From Glycera tridactyla (Eukaryota): DNA of 64,000 nucleotides. How positions within the stretch are numbered: the first letter of the stretch is position 1; every line of letters begins with the position of its first letter. The stretch lies in NCBI GenBank assembly GCA_965644265.1, contig OZ286461.1, forward strand, positions 40,796,001-40,860,000, written 5' to 3'. Of this stretch, positions 1-11,428 are shown piece after piece. Below the pieces are notes generated by a model. The model had not been told where the DNA came from, searched no databases, and saw only the letters and a program-made list of their open reading frames with translations. A program made the translations under genes and the position numbers.

Positions 1-3000
1 AATTTTAAGTGGCCAGTATGAGAGTAATTTTAGCATAATACTCCGAAAATTAGGGGGGATTTGGCCCACATCATTTCGAACAGGGACCAAAGACGATAAT
101 CATGTGTCAATTGGCCCACTCCCCCCCCTCCTAGATGCAACACTGAACTTCAACTGCTAATTTCTAGCCCTGACTTGGAACTAGTCATGTACGTGGTAGT
201 GACCTTATTGAACTTGCAAGTGGACAGTGCAACTGTTATGACATCACTGATGGAGATTATAAGATCATGGATCTCTATAGTGTTTTGACATGCTCCGGAA
301 AATGCTTACATGTCACCACCATTGTTGACACCAGTGAAAACGCATCCTGGGTTACCACCCATGGACGAGAATTCATTTTCTGCCCAGCTGTCATGCTAGC
401 TGGACATACAGATAGCTGCCCACCTGCCCGGTGCAGGTGAATTTTCCTGGTGGGCAGGTGGGAAATTATCATAGATGACATGCATATATGCATGAACAGG
501 GCAGGTTAATTTCCAAGGTGGGCAGGTGATTCGTTTGTTTGTTTGTTTGTTTAAGGCTTAACGGCATGTATCAACCCACAGGATTATGTATGCCGTGTGT
601 TCCTGGTTAAACTTTCTGGGATGTCTTCTTGCCCTGGTAGTACGTTTGAAAATGTATGCCAATTTTAAGATCCTTACTGAGATGATCATAGATGTTAAAC
701 TGCCAACTCTTTATATGAAACAGTACTGGATCCAGCTTTGAGCTAATGAAAACAATAAATAACAAGATTATATTTACTCAAAATAATTTTATCTTGCTAT
801 ATACATTGATGAATGAGTTGGATGAAGATGAAAAATGACTAGTTGATGACATAACATAATGAAAACAGAACAGTATCAACGATGATTTATCCTCCTTGAG
901 CGACAACATGATAAAGATGTGTCCGTTGATATTCTTCATGAAACAGCATATAAATTATAGAAAAAAAATCCATCTCAACTGGGCAATATGTACAAATGCA
1001 TGTACTTCCAGCGCTGAGACATTTCTGGCCCATACAAATATTTTCTCCTCACAAATGTCCCTCAAAAGAATATGCATATATTTCCTCATCTAGATGACTC
1101 ATGGCCAATTATGTAATGTCCTTGAGACCATGAAGTGTCAAGAAAGTTCAAATATATACCGTGATGATCACCCAGAACCACGGTCAACGTTCACCTTGGG
1201 GTTGATGAACTGATGATTACTAGCCTATTGATACTTTTATGATCAGTACTGATCACAGAGAAATCAAGAGTTATTAACTTTGATTTTTCATCTAGGTGTT
1301 GGATTCCGGAAATTTTCGGAAGATTAGCATCACTACTTCCATGGAGCTCCAGACAAGGACTATGCAGAGTGGTTTTATCAAGGAAGCTCCATGCATAGTC
1401 TTGAACAAGATATAAACCAACAAAACTTTCAACATGAACAATCAATTCATTTGATTATACATACATGAATATACTCCCAGAATTTTGCACTGGGTCACAT
1501 ACTGCACTGGTTATGTACAGTACTTCCCTGTCATAAAATATTTGGTTGTCCCCCCACAAATTTTACCTGCCCAATGTAATATTAAGCATACTTAAAGGAG
1601 AAAACTGCAGTTGTCCAGCGGGCAAGTTGGTTCCAAAATTCACTTGTCCGCCATGAATTTCTACCTGTCCCGGACAACCACACAACCCTTAATGTAAAGC
1701 CCTGTAACCACCAGTAACTAACACACATTCACACAATCGACCTGACCCACTCAAAATGCAAATGCTCAGAATTTTTCAACTCCACTGGCAAGACCCCTCG
1801 CCCCTGCAAACCTCCATTATATTTGTCACTAGTAACACTTGAATAGTGGAAGTGCAAGAAGCACAGCCTCACAGCCATTTAGTGCATCCACACAGCCATC
1901 AAATTCTGCATATCACAGTTCCTCAGCTGCTGGCAAGCCATCACTGCACAACTGTACAATACTGAAAAGGCCAACTATTGTCCTGTTTTTACAGATTGAT
2001 TGACAAAATTGATGCTCTTCTGAATTTACTTGCTTCCCTTAGGAGAACTACAGCTGGTAATAATATATTCCCCACCTGAACTGTCTAATATAATTCATTC
2101 AATGGCACTAAAACAGCATCAAAATTTTGCTACAGTCATTCTTGCAGACTCGTCTTCCATGCTCATGCATTATCCACATCACTCGCACACAATACATCTA
2201 CACTCAATCTAAATACAGGTCCGAATCAGAATTCATCCACACAAATAAAAACATTTCTATTCAACCAGAAACACAAATATATAAACGGAGAACTATCCAC
2301 ATTCTTCACCATACTGATAAAGCCATGTCCGAAATACACAAGTCTTAGCTTAGCTCCAGACATATACCTATTAGGAGACCCATTCATACAATCAACAACA
2401 CCCATTCTATCTTAATTGAAACATTAAGAGGCTGGTTTTCAGGGTCAAGTGTACATACAACTGTACACAAAATATAATGAAAGCCCATGTATTTTGCTAA
2501 TAGCATATGCAACCACAGTAGGAATCTGACTTAATTTAGCACACAAATTGGCATGAATCGTGCCCTTTGATAAATCATGATGGAGATTTCCTGGGATGTT
2601 TCTCGGGAGTAGTACCACTTACTCGTTCCACTATTGATTATGGTATCACATTTGCCAAGAACAGCTGGAACGAAGATGAAATTTGATGTACCAGAATCAA
2701 ATAATATTCTATCAGCACAGTAAAGCAACTCCCACCTTCATACAGAGAAGATGCTCGTTCTTGATGTGAGTACACAGAAAAACACCTGAATGCAAGAGCA
2801 CATGCATGGCAGTGAAGCTGAAGGCACCTGCCAATAACTCCCTTCTGATATGTGGATAAACTGCGGAAAACGAACATGAACACTCAATTGTGTAAGCTTG
2901 CATGATGATAGTCATTTCAGTGTCGTTAATCCATTGTAGAACCAGCAACCATAATATGCATCCATACGAAATATTCACTGAATACATTATCCATTTCACT

Positions 3001-3330
3001 GTCTTGGCCTCAATACACCTTTTGCACTGAGGATCCTGTACTAATATTCACATCTCGTCCAGAGCTTGGAGCAATCAATGCATCTTCTATGTATAAGTCA
3101 TAGTGTACAGAAGTATCTATCCAAACACAGCAGCATGCAGACAAGAATGCAGCTGCTAGAATCATGATCATTGTGGCGATTCGAAAAATCACACTGGAAT
3201 GGACAACTGTTCGAGCATTCGGAGAATGACGACAAACAACACAACTCTTGGTAATTACATCCAGCAAGGCACGTTCACATAAGCACTGATGGCTACACAA
3301 TGGCACAGTCACAACTTCTCAAGTTGCATA

Positions 3331-3357
3331 TTACTTGATCCCAACCTTCTTCATCAC
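3331..3357 (-). CDS. SLC25A38: SLC25A38 last coding exon (VMKKVGIK*)
   Basis: tgttttag acceptor, phase 0, TAA at 3331-3333; resembles the MMAKMGLKS-type C-terminus. Confidence 0.9.
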   Translation of the reverse strand: MMKKVGIK

Positions 3358-6300
3358 CTAAAACAGATCAGAAAAAAATTGTCACAATCATGCAGTATCA
3401 TGATGTACACATGCACTATTGACTTACAATTAAAAAAAAAGACAAAGAATCAAATCAAACTGACTACCTATAACAGCGTGAAATGCTGACAGGATGGGGA
3501 AACCATAAACCATGAGAGAGGCACTTATTTATGCAAAACTTTTCTCCAAGAAACAATCAAATCAAGAAATCAATAGTTATGGTGAGATTCATACAAAATC
3601 AAATGAATTCTACAACTGGCACTTGTTGCATGAGCACAAATAATCTAGATAATTCATTATGACCATTGCAAGAATGAAGTTACCGTAACAAAATCGTGTT
3701 CCAGTCATATGCAATATCTGCAACTTCCAAGTAAAACTTTATACCTAACAGATGATAGGGATATCTGGAAAGAATCAACATCGATTCAATTCAACGAGAA
3801 ATGAACTTACCGATTCAAACACTGTCCATGCCATGGCTGCCATGAGTGCCCGTCTCATGCATCTTGGTACGAGTCCTCGCAAAAACCCTGCTGCACCTTC
3901 TCTCTGCAAAATAGGTTTGGGATATTCTGAGTGAACGTACATCAAGTTGTGCCAGTAAAACAGGCCTTGGCATCAAACCTGGAAGGCTGGGGTGACCAGG
4001 TAGACAAAGAATACGCTCCCTATAATTAGCCCAATTTACATTTCTCATACATACTCAATCCACCCTAACAGCACCATGCAAGGATTAATATCTTCAACTA
4101 AACACCAATAAGACCACAAGTGAAATGCAAGGAGCAGAGTTGAAGTCAATTCAAAATTCAGAATTTGGAACAAATAAATCAGAAATACTACCTTCTGAAT
4201 GCAACCCTGTTGCTCCCACTCCCCGCCCTATTCCTTGAGTGGGATGGCCCACATCAACTCTAGTATCAGTAAAATTTCTCACCTCATATACATAAAGTAT
4301 CACAGAATATACGCTACTGAACCTCTTCGGATTGAGCTGCATTTGTGTTTTCACAACATCTGCCGGCTGTGTGACAATGGAAGCAAGAGTTCCAGCAAAT
4401 ATCCCACAGGTGAAGTGCACAATTGGAGTCTGTGGGTTTTCCATGAGGCCACCTGAAATAAGAGAAGCCACATGTTAGCCATTGTAGGGGAATATTCTGG
4501 CAATGATGGTGGGGGCTGAACTCAAAAACTTAAAAACAATTTGAACTTATACCAATTTCTAAAGAACATCCCCAGAATTTTACAATTTCCAGAATGCATG
4601 TGATTTCCGGAGGACTTTCATCACTGCAATTAGGAATCGATTCCCAGAACATTATTTTCAAGGTCAAAGCATCCAGCATGTAGAGCACAATATCTTCCAT
4701 AGAATGTTTATGAGATTGTAGCAATGTTACTCACGACCAGAGAACCACAGAATCATGTTCAGAACTTAATATTTGATGAAATTCAGTCCCATTTCAACAC
4801 ATACAAACTATCCGGTGAAATCATCAACAATACTCACTGTCTCGCACAATGGTCTTTGTTCTGGTGTAGAACATGAGGTAGAGTCCAGAGAATGGGGCGT
4901 CACGCAGCAGGGTGGCAGCCAGTCCACTATATAGACCTGAAATAAGTACAACTGTTATAACTACGCAGCATGTATTTCAGCCTAATATTACTTCATTTAA
5001 ATTCCTACATACCGAATCACAAATCAGTAACCAGTCAGACACCCAGTGATAGGAATGACTGAGATAGGTATATTCTGCCAAATACAGTACAATTGTAGTT
5101 GCAATAAATTAAATAGAGGATAGTCACATCAACCCAGCCGGACATGGTACCAAGTAATGGCATCTTACATGGAATCACTGCAGGCACAATTGGAGGATAT
5201 GTGGTTATGGAAGTCCCTCCACTTTTTAACTTTCCAGTTTCCTCACCCAAAAGGGGCAAATGAATGGATTCCAGCTGTATTTCTCTGCCCTGCACATCTG
5301 CAAGATGGGCACATATAAATGGAGTCTATGAAGGAGGATTTTATTTAATTTATGTATGGCATAATGGATGGTATGCTTACCTCTGGTCCCTTCTGACTTG
5401 TAAATAGTGGATAAGGCATTCACCATCCCACGGTAATGGAACTGGCCGCTCTGTAGGGAAAAAAACAATGCCCTGCCTTAGTACATGAATTGTGAAACAT
5501 TTTCAGCTTTATCAGACAATCTGTCAGACATGGATTTGCCCATCGTCTGACACTTGCCTGTTTATGTCAGACATTCATGGACTCACTATTGACTGAACTT
5601 GATTCATCACCTCTGACAAAAAGTCAGACGGAATTCTGGATTATGTCTGACACCTGAGAATTCTTGTCTGACCTGTCAGATGTCTAAAGGCAGGGCTCAA
5701 CGCTAAGGGCTGACCCACTGGCACCGGCAGACAAATTCAAAACAGTGAAACCTGCGATGAGAGACCGCCCTTATTGTCATCCAAAATAAGTGAGGTGGTC
5801 TCTTGTTGGAGATATATTTGATTATGTCAAATAGAAAAGCTGTCCTGAAAAAGGGGTCTCCCGTCGGAGGTGGTCTCTGGTCACAGGTTTCACGGTATCA
5901 AGTCAAGTAGTTTCATCAGCCTGCCTGCCGGATGGGCAGGTACACAACCATCATTCAACTGGAAGAGTTTTCCACGAACACAGCTCGATATCATATTCTG
6001 AATCAGCATTGATGACACGAGGGTAAAATCAAATGTACACTACAGGCAAATGAACAAATGTGTTACAAATAACTGGATACAATCATCATAATAGCAGACA
6101 ATTAACATATCCCTGAACAATCGGATATAGTGACCACTCACCTCAAATCGTGTCTTGACGACAGTGAATGGCAACATGCAGGCTCCTGAGAATGAGCGGG
6201 CGCACAGTCCCATCATGAAGGACTCCACAGAGCTGGGATCATTGGTCCTGTAACATACGTATAGCCAAGCTATTATACATGCCAAGGAATTCACAATCTC

Positions 6301-9300
6301 CTAATATATACTACAAGTACATTCAAATCATTGATAAAAATCGTTTGAAAAATTCAGGTGCAAGGTTTCCTTATTTTCAAATCTAGAATTGATAACATTC
6401 CTGTGTGTAGAGCTCAACTAACTTCACATGTGCATCAGTCACTTCAAAATTTGGTTGGGGAGTGACCAAAATACAAAGGAAAGGTCCCATCCTGAGGGGT
6501 AGGGTAGATTCAGAACCATTCTTCTGAGTAACTACACCATGGGCTGGTAGCAGGCTTCAGAAAAGTTCCACATTTGTTCCCAGACCTTTATCTCCGCAGA
6601 CCAGCTCCTCTGGAATATACAATCACCTCTTGGGTGAGCTTGATTGTTCCCCTAATCAAAATTTCAGTCACACAATCCAACCAAGTATTCCTCTTATAGG
6701 CAGGGATCCGGGACCCCAGGGCTGAAATTAAATTGTAACCAGCCCATAGAACAACACAGGTAATTTTTCCTGCACCTCCCGATACAAATGAGTCAATGAC
6801 TATGTAATTTTCCAGAATAAGACTGAAATCTTCAGGGTTCTTGAGACATCTGTGGCATAAATGATCTGTACAGCCCGTTCCCCAACCATCTGAAACTGCC
6901 TTTCAAATCTCCAAGCAATGTCACGCAGGCCAGGATGATGGTGATGAGAATGGTCAATCAAGAAATAAATGCAAACCTACTGATAAACCAATTACAAAAT
7001 ATGAACATATATTATGGATGATTTATCTATAATCATGATCATGTGGCAGACAGCTTGAAAATGCCCACAACAAAATTAAGAAACGAATGTAAACTACTGA
7101 GAATTAATGTGAGAAAAATGCATGTTGACATAGAAAGTACATGCAATATGCTGTATACCTGTCATGGTGAATAAGTGGAGCAGGTCAAGGCCACGTTGTC
7201 TCTCCCGCTTGGTCGGATTTACTGCGGACTTGCGAGTAATCCAAGTCAATAATCTCAATGGCCTCTGCTGGACTCGCTCCCCCTCGACTGGTCACTATCA
7301 CCTAATATCACACAGCAACCAAACTCTACCAGGACCTTGTCAAATTTACTTGCAGGTTGTAATCTCTGACAACTACTGATGCCCATAACACACAGGTACA
7401 CTTGTCTGAAGTCATGATTTTTTTTTCAGTAAAGCCGGCTATACAAACCTAGACTGAGAGAAGTTTTGAACCAAGCTGAAGTTCAAACATTAGATCTAGG
7501 CAAAAGATGTGCAATTTTCCAAGGAAAGATCAACGCTTTCTTTTTCGATATTTTCCAATTTTCACATGCGGAATACCACCAAATGAAACTGAATCTTTCC
7601 AGAGATAAGATGATGGTATTGCATCACCGATCTAGAAAATGATCATCTTAGTATTGTGGGCATATGATGTCAGAAACTTTTCTGCATACTGGCCACAAGT
7701 GCCAGACACTGGTCAAGAATGTGGTAGAGTTCGGCTCTCGTGATGTTACTCACCCGAATGTTGTCCTCAGCCAATGCAAGGATGAAAAGTAGACGCCAAT
7801 ACCTGGTACTGTCCGTGTCAATGACTGAAACACAACGGGAAAAATACTCAACCATGTGCAAAACTATACTGAACTGCTTTATTCAGGGATGTGACTGGCT
7901 GACAACCAAAACCCCTGAAAACCTGATATGGAATAGGAGGCATCTGCCCTCTGAAGTTAGAGAAAAGGGGGCATTTCAACACAAAATCTTTGGGCTCATT
8001 CAATATGGAGTAAGTGCAACTCTCTTACTGATTAGGGGGAGGAGCATTGTGGCCACTAACTGTGTTGAAAAGGGGCCCACTCTCGACAAAATAAGTCAAA
8101 GAACCCATGCCCCCCCCCCCTGTGGATGCAACCCGGTCATTGACTCATTGACAACTTTATGTAGGGATCAATCCTATATTTAGGACATTCCTTGAGCCAT
8201 ATAGCCATCATAGTCAAGAACATGGAAGAAAAGGATGAATTTCAGATCAAAATTTGAGTGTTATGGGTCATAGGACCAACCTCATGATTGACCAGTGCAC
8301 TTGCCATGACTGACTTGACTATGTTCAAATATGAAGTATAGATACTATGTATACTTACAGGCACAATACCCTTCCACAGACCAACAACACGTTCATTACG
8401 TAATACATGCGTGACAACTGTCACGATCCCGGTTGGATTGGACCTGTGGCAAACATAATTCAGGGATATCAGGTGATATTTCAGGCAGTGGTGTGTGAGT
8501 GCCTATATGTCAGGGATGTGATTGGCTCACAATAAAAAACACTGGAAACCTGACTGCAGGCGCTTTTCACCAAGATTTTGTGGACCAAGAAACCCCACAA
8601 CTGCAAACTAATGGCTGCTAAGACTGCATATAAACTATGTGCTCAATCTCCCCTAATACTGACCAGTCAAATTTTCATGATCTAAAATCAAAAATGATCA
8701 GCATGAAATGCTATATTCTGTCACATGCATGGATTGCTGCATTTGTGATAAAAAAAACGGAAATCCACAGAACAAGCACATCCCTGTCTATGTGTGTGTG
8801 TGTGTGTATTGTGTATGGGTGTGGGTGTGTGTGTACTGATGTGCATGCATTTGCACTCAAGTGTGTGTGTAGAGGCCTCTATGTTAGTACCTGTGAGTAG
8901 CCAATGGCTACCAAACTCATATACCCTCTGGCTACCATTTTTTTATGGACAGTCGAACCTGCTCCAAAGAACACCTTTCTATGAAGACCACCCAAAGCTG
9001 CAACTATGGTAGTATGTTCAACAGTAAATCACCTCTCTATAAAGACCACATCCTATAAAGGCCACTTTTGTATGTGAACGAAGGTGGACTTTATGGATAG
9101 GTTTGACTGTAGTAGCAAACAGCCCATGAAATTTTGAGAGATTGAAATTGACAATGTATTGACTGCCAAAAATATTTATCATTCATATTTCGGCCAACAT
9201 ACAACCTGTGTATGTGTGTGTGCGCGTGTTATGTGCGGATTGTATACTGGGTTTCATTAAGAGTAGGCATATGGCCCTTTGTATTGCTTAAAAGGGGGCA

Positions 9301-10724
9301 ACCACCACCAGATTGTAGGCAACATACAGCATGGTAAGGGGCATCTAATCTGACGGCAAATCTTGGAACAGGTATGGGGCCATTGTGATTAGGTCCATCC
9401 TAGATATTTTTGATCGCATCCTCTGAGTACTAATACATCTCTTCAGCAAAACAACCAGAACAGAACTATTTGTGTATGGTTTGTGAAACAAAGTCTACAT
9501 GTGAATTGATCCCACAATTCCAACCTTTTCTGAGGTTATTCTTTTGAACACCTACCCAACAGTGACAGCACATTGCAGCCGTGTTTTCACAAGATCCAGT
9601 GGCTGGAATAGTATAGTTGTACAAGTTCCACTCAGAGATCCAGCAAGGAAAGTTTTCACCACCGGTGACTGCAATACAAAAATACCATACATGCAGATTA
9701 TGCTTAATGACATACAGTGAAACCTGCTAAGAGAGACCACTATTTCAGAGCAGCTCGCCTATTTGACAGTCAAATATACCACTGACAAGAAACCACCTCT
9801 TTTGAGAGACTACTTTTTGGTGACATTTAGGGCGGTCTCTCATTGCATGTTTCACTGTAGTAATTGAGTGAAAAATAGAATTGATATTCCTGACCCTGTT
9901 TTTGCCTGATAGCAAGTGAGGAAGTGTCTTACAAAACTGGTGGTGTTTTCATGTTGGCTGGCAGACCTCTACATGAGACCACCTGCCTACAAAGATCACC
10001 CGAAAGAATGACTGCATATTTCATGCGGCAAAGACCTACAAAGGCTATGAGTCCACCAAGTCCATACAACCAACAACTCCAAATATTGTCATACATGCTA
10101 GGTTACCAGAGCAGCAGGAATAGCCAAATCGAATTCTCACAATAAACACTGTGTCAGTGTGTCACACATACACTGAAATCAATGACATATTCCTGAACCA
10201 TATCTGAAAATGAAAATGATATCCAAAATGTACTAAGTTTCAAGGCAATTACTGATATATTCACCAGCTTCAAGACAACACGCTTAACCTGTCAACTTCA
10301 CACATACTCGTATTCGAAATGAGCACTGTTGACCCCCCCCCCCCCCCCCCAGCACTAACTACCCTACTCGCAACTCGATCCGCACGCCTGACCCCCCCCA
10401 TTCCAGTCAGCTGAGTGACATGGGGACCGATTCACTAGGACCTAGGACAACGTCTGACACTGGAGTATTCCGGGCTGTCAAACACGTCATTACAGATCCG
10501 TGTAAATCATGGCATCTGCGCGAATTGATTGACCAAGATATTCTATCAACAAATTACGCCACAATTCCTTGAAATTGTCCTCGGCAACCAGTTACAGCCG
10601 GTTCAACCGACTTCACTGTCAAGTCCCAAAGCTGCTATCAAGGTGAAAGGACTGTACTCACGCTCAAATACGATTCAATCATCCTTTTGAAGTTGTCTGT
10701 CGACGCCAATGCGTCAGATTGCAT
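3331..10724 (-). CDS. SLC25A38: Mitochondrial glycine transporter (solute carrier family 25 member 38), complete spliced CDS, 298 aa: join(10662-10724, 9556-9668, 8359-8443, 7754-7824, 6142-6247, 5381-5450, 4838-4936, 4283-4452, 3811-3903, 3331-3357)
   Basis: Ten GT-AG exons join in one frame (897 nt including TAA). Three carrier signatures P-x-D/T-x-x-K-T-R/Q are present ([33 protein letters not shown]). Family-typical segments [15 protein letters not shown] and [14 protein letters not shown] match my recollection of SLC25A38/yeast Hem25. The first exon is the least certain. Confidence 0.93.
3811..3903 (-). CDS. SLC25A38: SLC25A38 exon 9 ([31 protein letters not shown])
   Basis: ttgcag acceptor, gtaagt donor, 93 nt. 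Confidence 0.95.
4283..4452 (-). CDS. SLC25A38: SLC25A38 exon 8 ([56 protein letters not shown])
   Basis: tttcag acceptor, gtgaga donor, 170 nt, third carrier motif. Confidence 0.95.
4838..4936 (-). CDS. SLC25A38: SLC25A38 exon 7 ([33 protein letters not shown])
   Basis: tttcag acceptor, gtgagt donor, 99 nt. Confidence 0.95.
5381..5450 (-). CDS. SLC25A38: SLC25A38 exon 6 ([23 protein letters not shown])
   Basis: ctacag acceptor, gtaagc donor, 70 nt. Confidence 0.95.
5503..5685. repeat. TGTCAGAC-rich dispersed repeat; inverted copy at ~29820-29972
   Basis: Multiple TGTCAGAC/GTCTGACA motifs; the two loci align as reverse complements. Confidence 0.6.
5743..5895. mobile_element. CAGTGAAACC MITE with GAGACC subrepeats; relatives at 9715-9857, ~51003-51155 and a right end at ~52080-52169
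   Basis: CAGTGAAACCTG ... CAGGTTTCACGG|TA. Confidence 0.8.
6142..6247 (-). CDS. SLC25A38: SLC25A38 exon 5 ([35 protein letters not shown])
   Basis: ttacag acceptor, gtgagt donor, 106 nt, second carrier motif. Confidence 0.95.
7754..7824 (-). CDS. SLC25A38: SLC25A38 exon 4 ([24 protein letters not shown])
   Basis: tttcag acceptor, gtgagt donor, 71 nt. Confidence 0.93.
7884..8136. mobile_element. Degenerate hAT-like MITE in SLC25A38 intron 3
   Basis: CAGGGATGTG left end, GGATGCAACCCGG right end, flanks TTATT/TCATT; the CAGGGATGTGATTGG motif recurs at ~8511. Confidence 0.45.
8359..8443 (-). CDS. SLC25A38: SLC25A38 exon 3 ([28 protein letters not shown])
   Basis: cacag acceptor, gtaagt donor, 85 nt, GLWKG motif. 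Confidence 0.95.
8950..9109. mobile_element. TA-type CAGTCGAACC MITE (older copy)
   Basis: CAGTCGAACCT ... AGGTTTGACTG|TA. Confidence 0.8.
9556..9668 (-). CDS. SLC25A38: SLC25A38 exon 2 ([38 protein letters not shown])
   Basis: ttgcag acceptor, gtagg donor, 113 nt, first carrier motif. Confidence 0.95.
9715..9857. mobile_element. TA-flanked CAGTGAAACC MITE abutting the SLC25A38 exon 2 acceptor region
   Basis: TA|CAGTGAAAC ... GTTTCACTG|TA. Confidence 0.8.
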
Positions 10725-11410
10725 AAGTAGGCGGTGATCCCGAAAGAGTTCGAATGACTCAAAGGATACGCAGCAGATACTGCTGCGTGTTTAGCAGTTT
10801 AGACTGAGTGCTGTGCAAATGGCGACCCCGACGGTCTACCGAGTGATCAAGCGTGCGAACACTATCCGATTTGCTCAGATATTCAAGCGTTTAGCCACAG
10901 CATGTATCGCTGTAGTCTGTGTAGTAGTATCTGTTAACGATGCACAACATGATCATGGTGATATAATATCGTCGACGGCGTGATATTCTGTCTATATCAT
11001 CACAGCTCAACGCCGTGACACTTCCCTTGCTCTCGGTGTCTAGCTCGGATCTGAACTTGAAAGCAAGCATGCGGACGTACGCTGCCTCTTCACTCCCAGA
11101 TAAACACAACCACGTGGGCCCTGCGTGATCCATTTAATTCCGTCTCATGAAGGTGTTGATGTCAAACGATAACGGCCTTGTTGATACATGAGGGTAGATT
11201 ACATTTATGAAATCATCATGTGACAAGTTTCTGATCGACTGGTTTAGCAAGAATACAGATTTTTCCTTATGGTACTTTTTTGAGCTGGCCATGATCACAA
11301 CTTGAGACGTGGTGGTTAGCCCTTCGCCAAATGACGTCATTCTACTAGGATACACTAGATGGCAGTAGCTCCTATACCTGGACCAAATTCATTTTCCCGC
11401 CATCTTCACA
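10400..11410 (-). promoter_or_regulatory. CpG-rich promoter region of SLC25A38 with a palindromic CRE (TGACGTCA 11332-11339), an E-box (CACGTG 11111-11116) and a YY1-like AAGATGGCG near 11398-11406
   Basis: Visible CpG excess relative to the CpG-poor introns; motifs read directly; function is inferred. Confidence 0.55.
10662..10724 (-). CDS. SLC25A38: SLC25A38 first coding exon ([21 protein letters not shown]; second in-frame ATG at 10682)
   Basis: Strong donor C|GTGAGT, phase 0 matching exon 2, in a CpG-rich region; an in-frame TAA upstream bounds the ORF. Confidence 0.7.
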
Positions 11411-11428
11411 GAGCGTCCTTTCCCTCTG
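11378..11428 (-). CDS. SLC25A38: Candidate alternative upstream exon of SLC25A38 (QRERTLCEDGGKMNLVQ; ATG at 11392 gives MNLVQ-)
   Basis: Donor CAG|gtatag at phase 0, in frame with exon 2; possible acceptor ccctcttcccag; 51 nt; contains AAGATGGCG (YY1/initiator-like). Confidence 0.4.

Noticed and set aside
7740-8183. 147-aa plus-strand ORF
   Set aside because: It is antisense to SLC25A38 exon 4 and runs through a MITE; no recognisable domain.
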